DNA of 63,621 bases, filler included, from Octopus bimaculoides (Eukaryota): assembly GCF_001194135.2 (NCBI RefSeq). It is 5 parts of 5 records of this genome, joined end to end, with 100 filler letters (N's around TTAATTAATTAA, not from the genome) between each part and the next. Parts side by side here need not be neighbours in the genome. Positions count along the whole stretch, not along the records: positions 57,961 to 61,566 come from NC_068986.1; positions 61,667 to 63,621 come from NC_069007.1; 3 more parts are not named here. One strand, given 5' to 3'. Under the pieces are notes generated by a model. It saw only the letters and a program-made list of their open reading frames with translations. It was not told the DNA's origin and did not search any database. How positions within the stretch are numbered: position 1 is the first letter of the stretch; each line of letters starts with the position of its first letter. The position numbers and the translations under genes were made by a program. Positions 61,546 to 63,621 of the stretch are shown here, piece after piece.

Positions 61546-61682
61546 TATATATATATATATATATATNNNNNNNNNNNNNNNNNNNNNNNNNNNNNNNNNN
61601 NNNNNNNNNNTTAATTAATTAANNNNNNNNNNNNNNNNNNNNNNNNNNNNNNNNNNNNNNNNNNNNATATATATATATATAT

Positions 61683-61729
<47 letters not shown>

Positions 61730-62102
61730 CACATACACGTTACAAGTGTATATGTACATATATACATACGTACATACATGCATAATAATGAGCGTCGTAA
61801 CGACCATAGTTTGTAGTGGAATATGAGAAACGTATGCACGCGTATATGTTAGTATGAACCTACGTTAATGCATTGAGAACATGGCGATAGAGATTTTAAG
61901 AAAATCATAGACACTCAGACATACATGGATGTTCACATGCGCATAGAAGTATGTGCATGTCTATGCCTTATATATATATATATATTTATATATATAAAAC
62001 ATTTTCTTCACCCATTCCCTTCCAGTCCTTTCAAAATGTAACCACATGTGATTCGTTGGCGATTATCTTCCTCCGTTTTCCTTTTCAAATGGACTTTCCT
62101 TC

Positions 62103-62135
62103 TTCTGAAGAAGAGCTCTGTTCGAAACGTTAAAC
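62103..62135 (+). ncRNA. Minimal hammerhead ribozyme-like motif (Penelope-type)
   Basis: UU-CUGAAGA-A-GAGC-UCU-GUUC-GAAAC-GU-U-AA; 4-bp stem II with one G-U, palindromic ACGU in place of stem III, very weak stem I. Confidence 0.55.
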
Positions 62136-62365
62136 CATATACATACATATACATATATATATACATATATATGTACATATATATACATACACACACACAC
62201 ATATATATTTATATAAATATATGCATACGTATATACGTCTATATATGTATACACACATGTATATACATATATATATTCACATATATATATATTTATATAT
62301 ATTTATATATATATCTAAGGATTTACGAAGGATCTGTGTCTAATTGAAACCACTATCGCTCATAA

Positions 62366-62438
<73 letters not shown>

Positions 62439-62451
62439 ATGTGTGTATGTG

Positions 62452-62650
62452 TAGTTGTGTCTGTCTTTATCCCTCACCATCGCTTGACACTGATATTGGT
62501 GTGTTTACATCCCCGTAATCTAGCGGTTCGGCAGAAGTTATTGATAGAATAAGTACTACGCTTAAAAAGAATAAGTCCTGAGTTCGATTTGTTCGCCTAA
62601 AGGTGGTGATCCAGCATGGCCGCAGTCAAATTAATAAAATAAGTGAAGGA
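62452..62650 (+). mobile_element. SINE family A, 3' half
   Basis: Homology to the other family A copies. Confidence 0.8.
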
Positions 62651-63040
62651 GAAAATATATAGATAGATAGATTAATAAGTACACACACAAACATAAATAC
62701 GTAAAGACGCAAGTGCGCATGCGTATATATGAAACACGTTGTACAGATGTATTTATGTACATACACAGACACACACGCATATATATATGTGTGTGTGTCC
62801 GTGTATCACATATATATGAATAATGATATGTGTGCATATGCAAATACAGACACAAAGATTTACATATATAGACATGGCTACATACAGAGAAATTGAAATA
62901 TGTATGTGTTTATATGCTAATGTGTTTTTCAAGAACCTCTNNNNNNNNNNNNNNNNNNNNNNNNNNNNNNNNNNNNNNNNNNNNNNNNNNNNNNNNNNNN
63001 NNNNNNNNNNNNNNNNNNNNNNNNNNNNNNNNNNNNNNNN

Positions 63041-63510
63041 GTCGTCGTCGTCATCGTCGTCGTCGTCATCGTCGTCGTCGTCGAGTCATCATCATCATCA
63101 TCATCATGATAATCACTACTATGTTTATGCTTAGCTTTAATTCATAGAAGCCGCACATCATCATCATCATCATCATCATCATCACCACCATGAACGATCA
63201 TTATCCTCCTCCTCCTCCCCTTCCACATCACCATGATCATCATCATCATCACCATCATCATCATTCTCCTCCTCCTCATCATCATCGTCGACGTCATCAT
63301 CATCATCATCCATCTTCTCCCCTTCTCCCATCACTACCTCCACCTCCTCCTCCTCATCATCATGTTCGTCATCATAATCATGGTCATCTTCGATCTCCTC
63401 CATCCCCTCTTCATCCTCCCCACCACTTCCTCCTCATCATGATCATCAGCTAACCCCTCCACTTCCTCCTTCTCCTCCTCCTGCCCCTCCTCCTCATTTT
63501 CATCATCATT
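63041..63510. repeat. Compound (CAT/CCT/CGT)n block
   Basis: Seen directly. Confidence 0.95.
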
Positions 63511-63621
63511 GTTAATATTATTATATTTTCCCCAAAATCTCTTCCTATATTTATATATTCTTTAGCAATAAACCTAAAAAGGCGTTTTTTAAAAATAAAT
63601 TTCCTTTACGTTTCTGTTTTA

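Overview
AT-rich, microsatellite- and transposon-dense animal genomic DNA. The SINE and LINE families look like those of coleoid cephalopods (Octopus-like); this is an inference from repeat content. The window has many N gaps and four artificial 100-bp scaffold joins (44 N + TTAATTAATTAA + 44 N), so long-range order is uncertain. The main gene is a minus-strand ADAMTS-like zinc metalloprotease. Six phase-compatible GT-AG exons (25042-24914, 16879-16754, 12361-12267, 10490-10405, 9422-9315, 485-322) splice into an open frame: catalytic domain with HELGHNLGMSH and a Met-turn, then a disintegrin-like Cys-rich domain, then a TSP1 repeat. Its 5' and 3' exons were not found in the window. A second, plus-strand gene is suggested by a spectrin-repeat-like exon at 42773-42878. 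The rest is mobile DNA: a MULE, several R4/Dong-type REL LINEs sitting in microsatellites, RTE and CR1 LINEs, Penelope-like elements carrying hammerhead-ribozyme motifs, Helitron remnants, a DD37D Tc1/mariner-superfamily element, MITEs, fold-back palindromes and about 30 tRNA-derived SINE copies. No CRISPR, rRNA or intact tRNA was seen. Most ORFs in the supplied track are microsatellite or gap artefacts. Exon, TSD and hairpin coordinates were counted by hand; TE boundaries are approximate.
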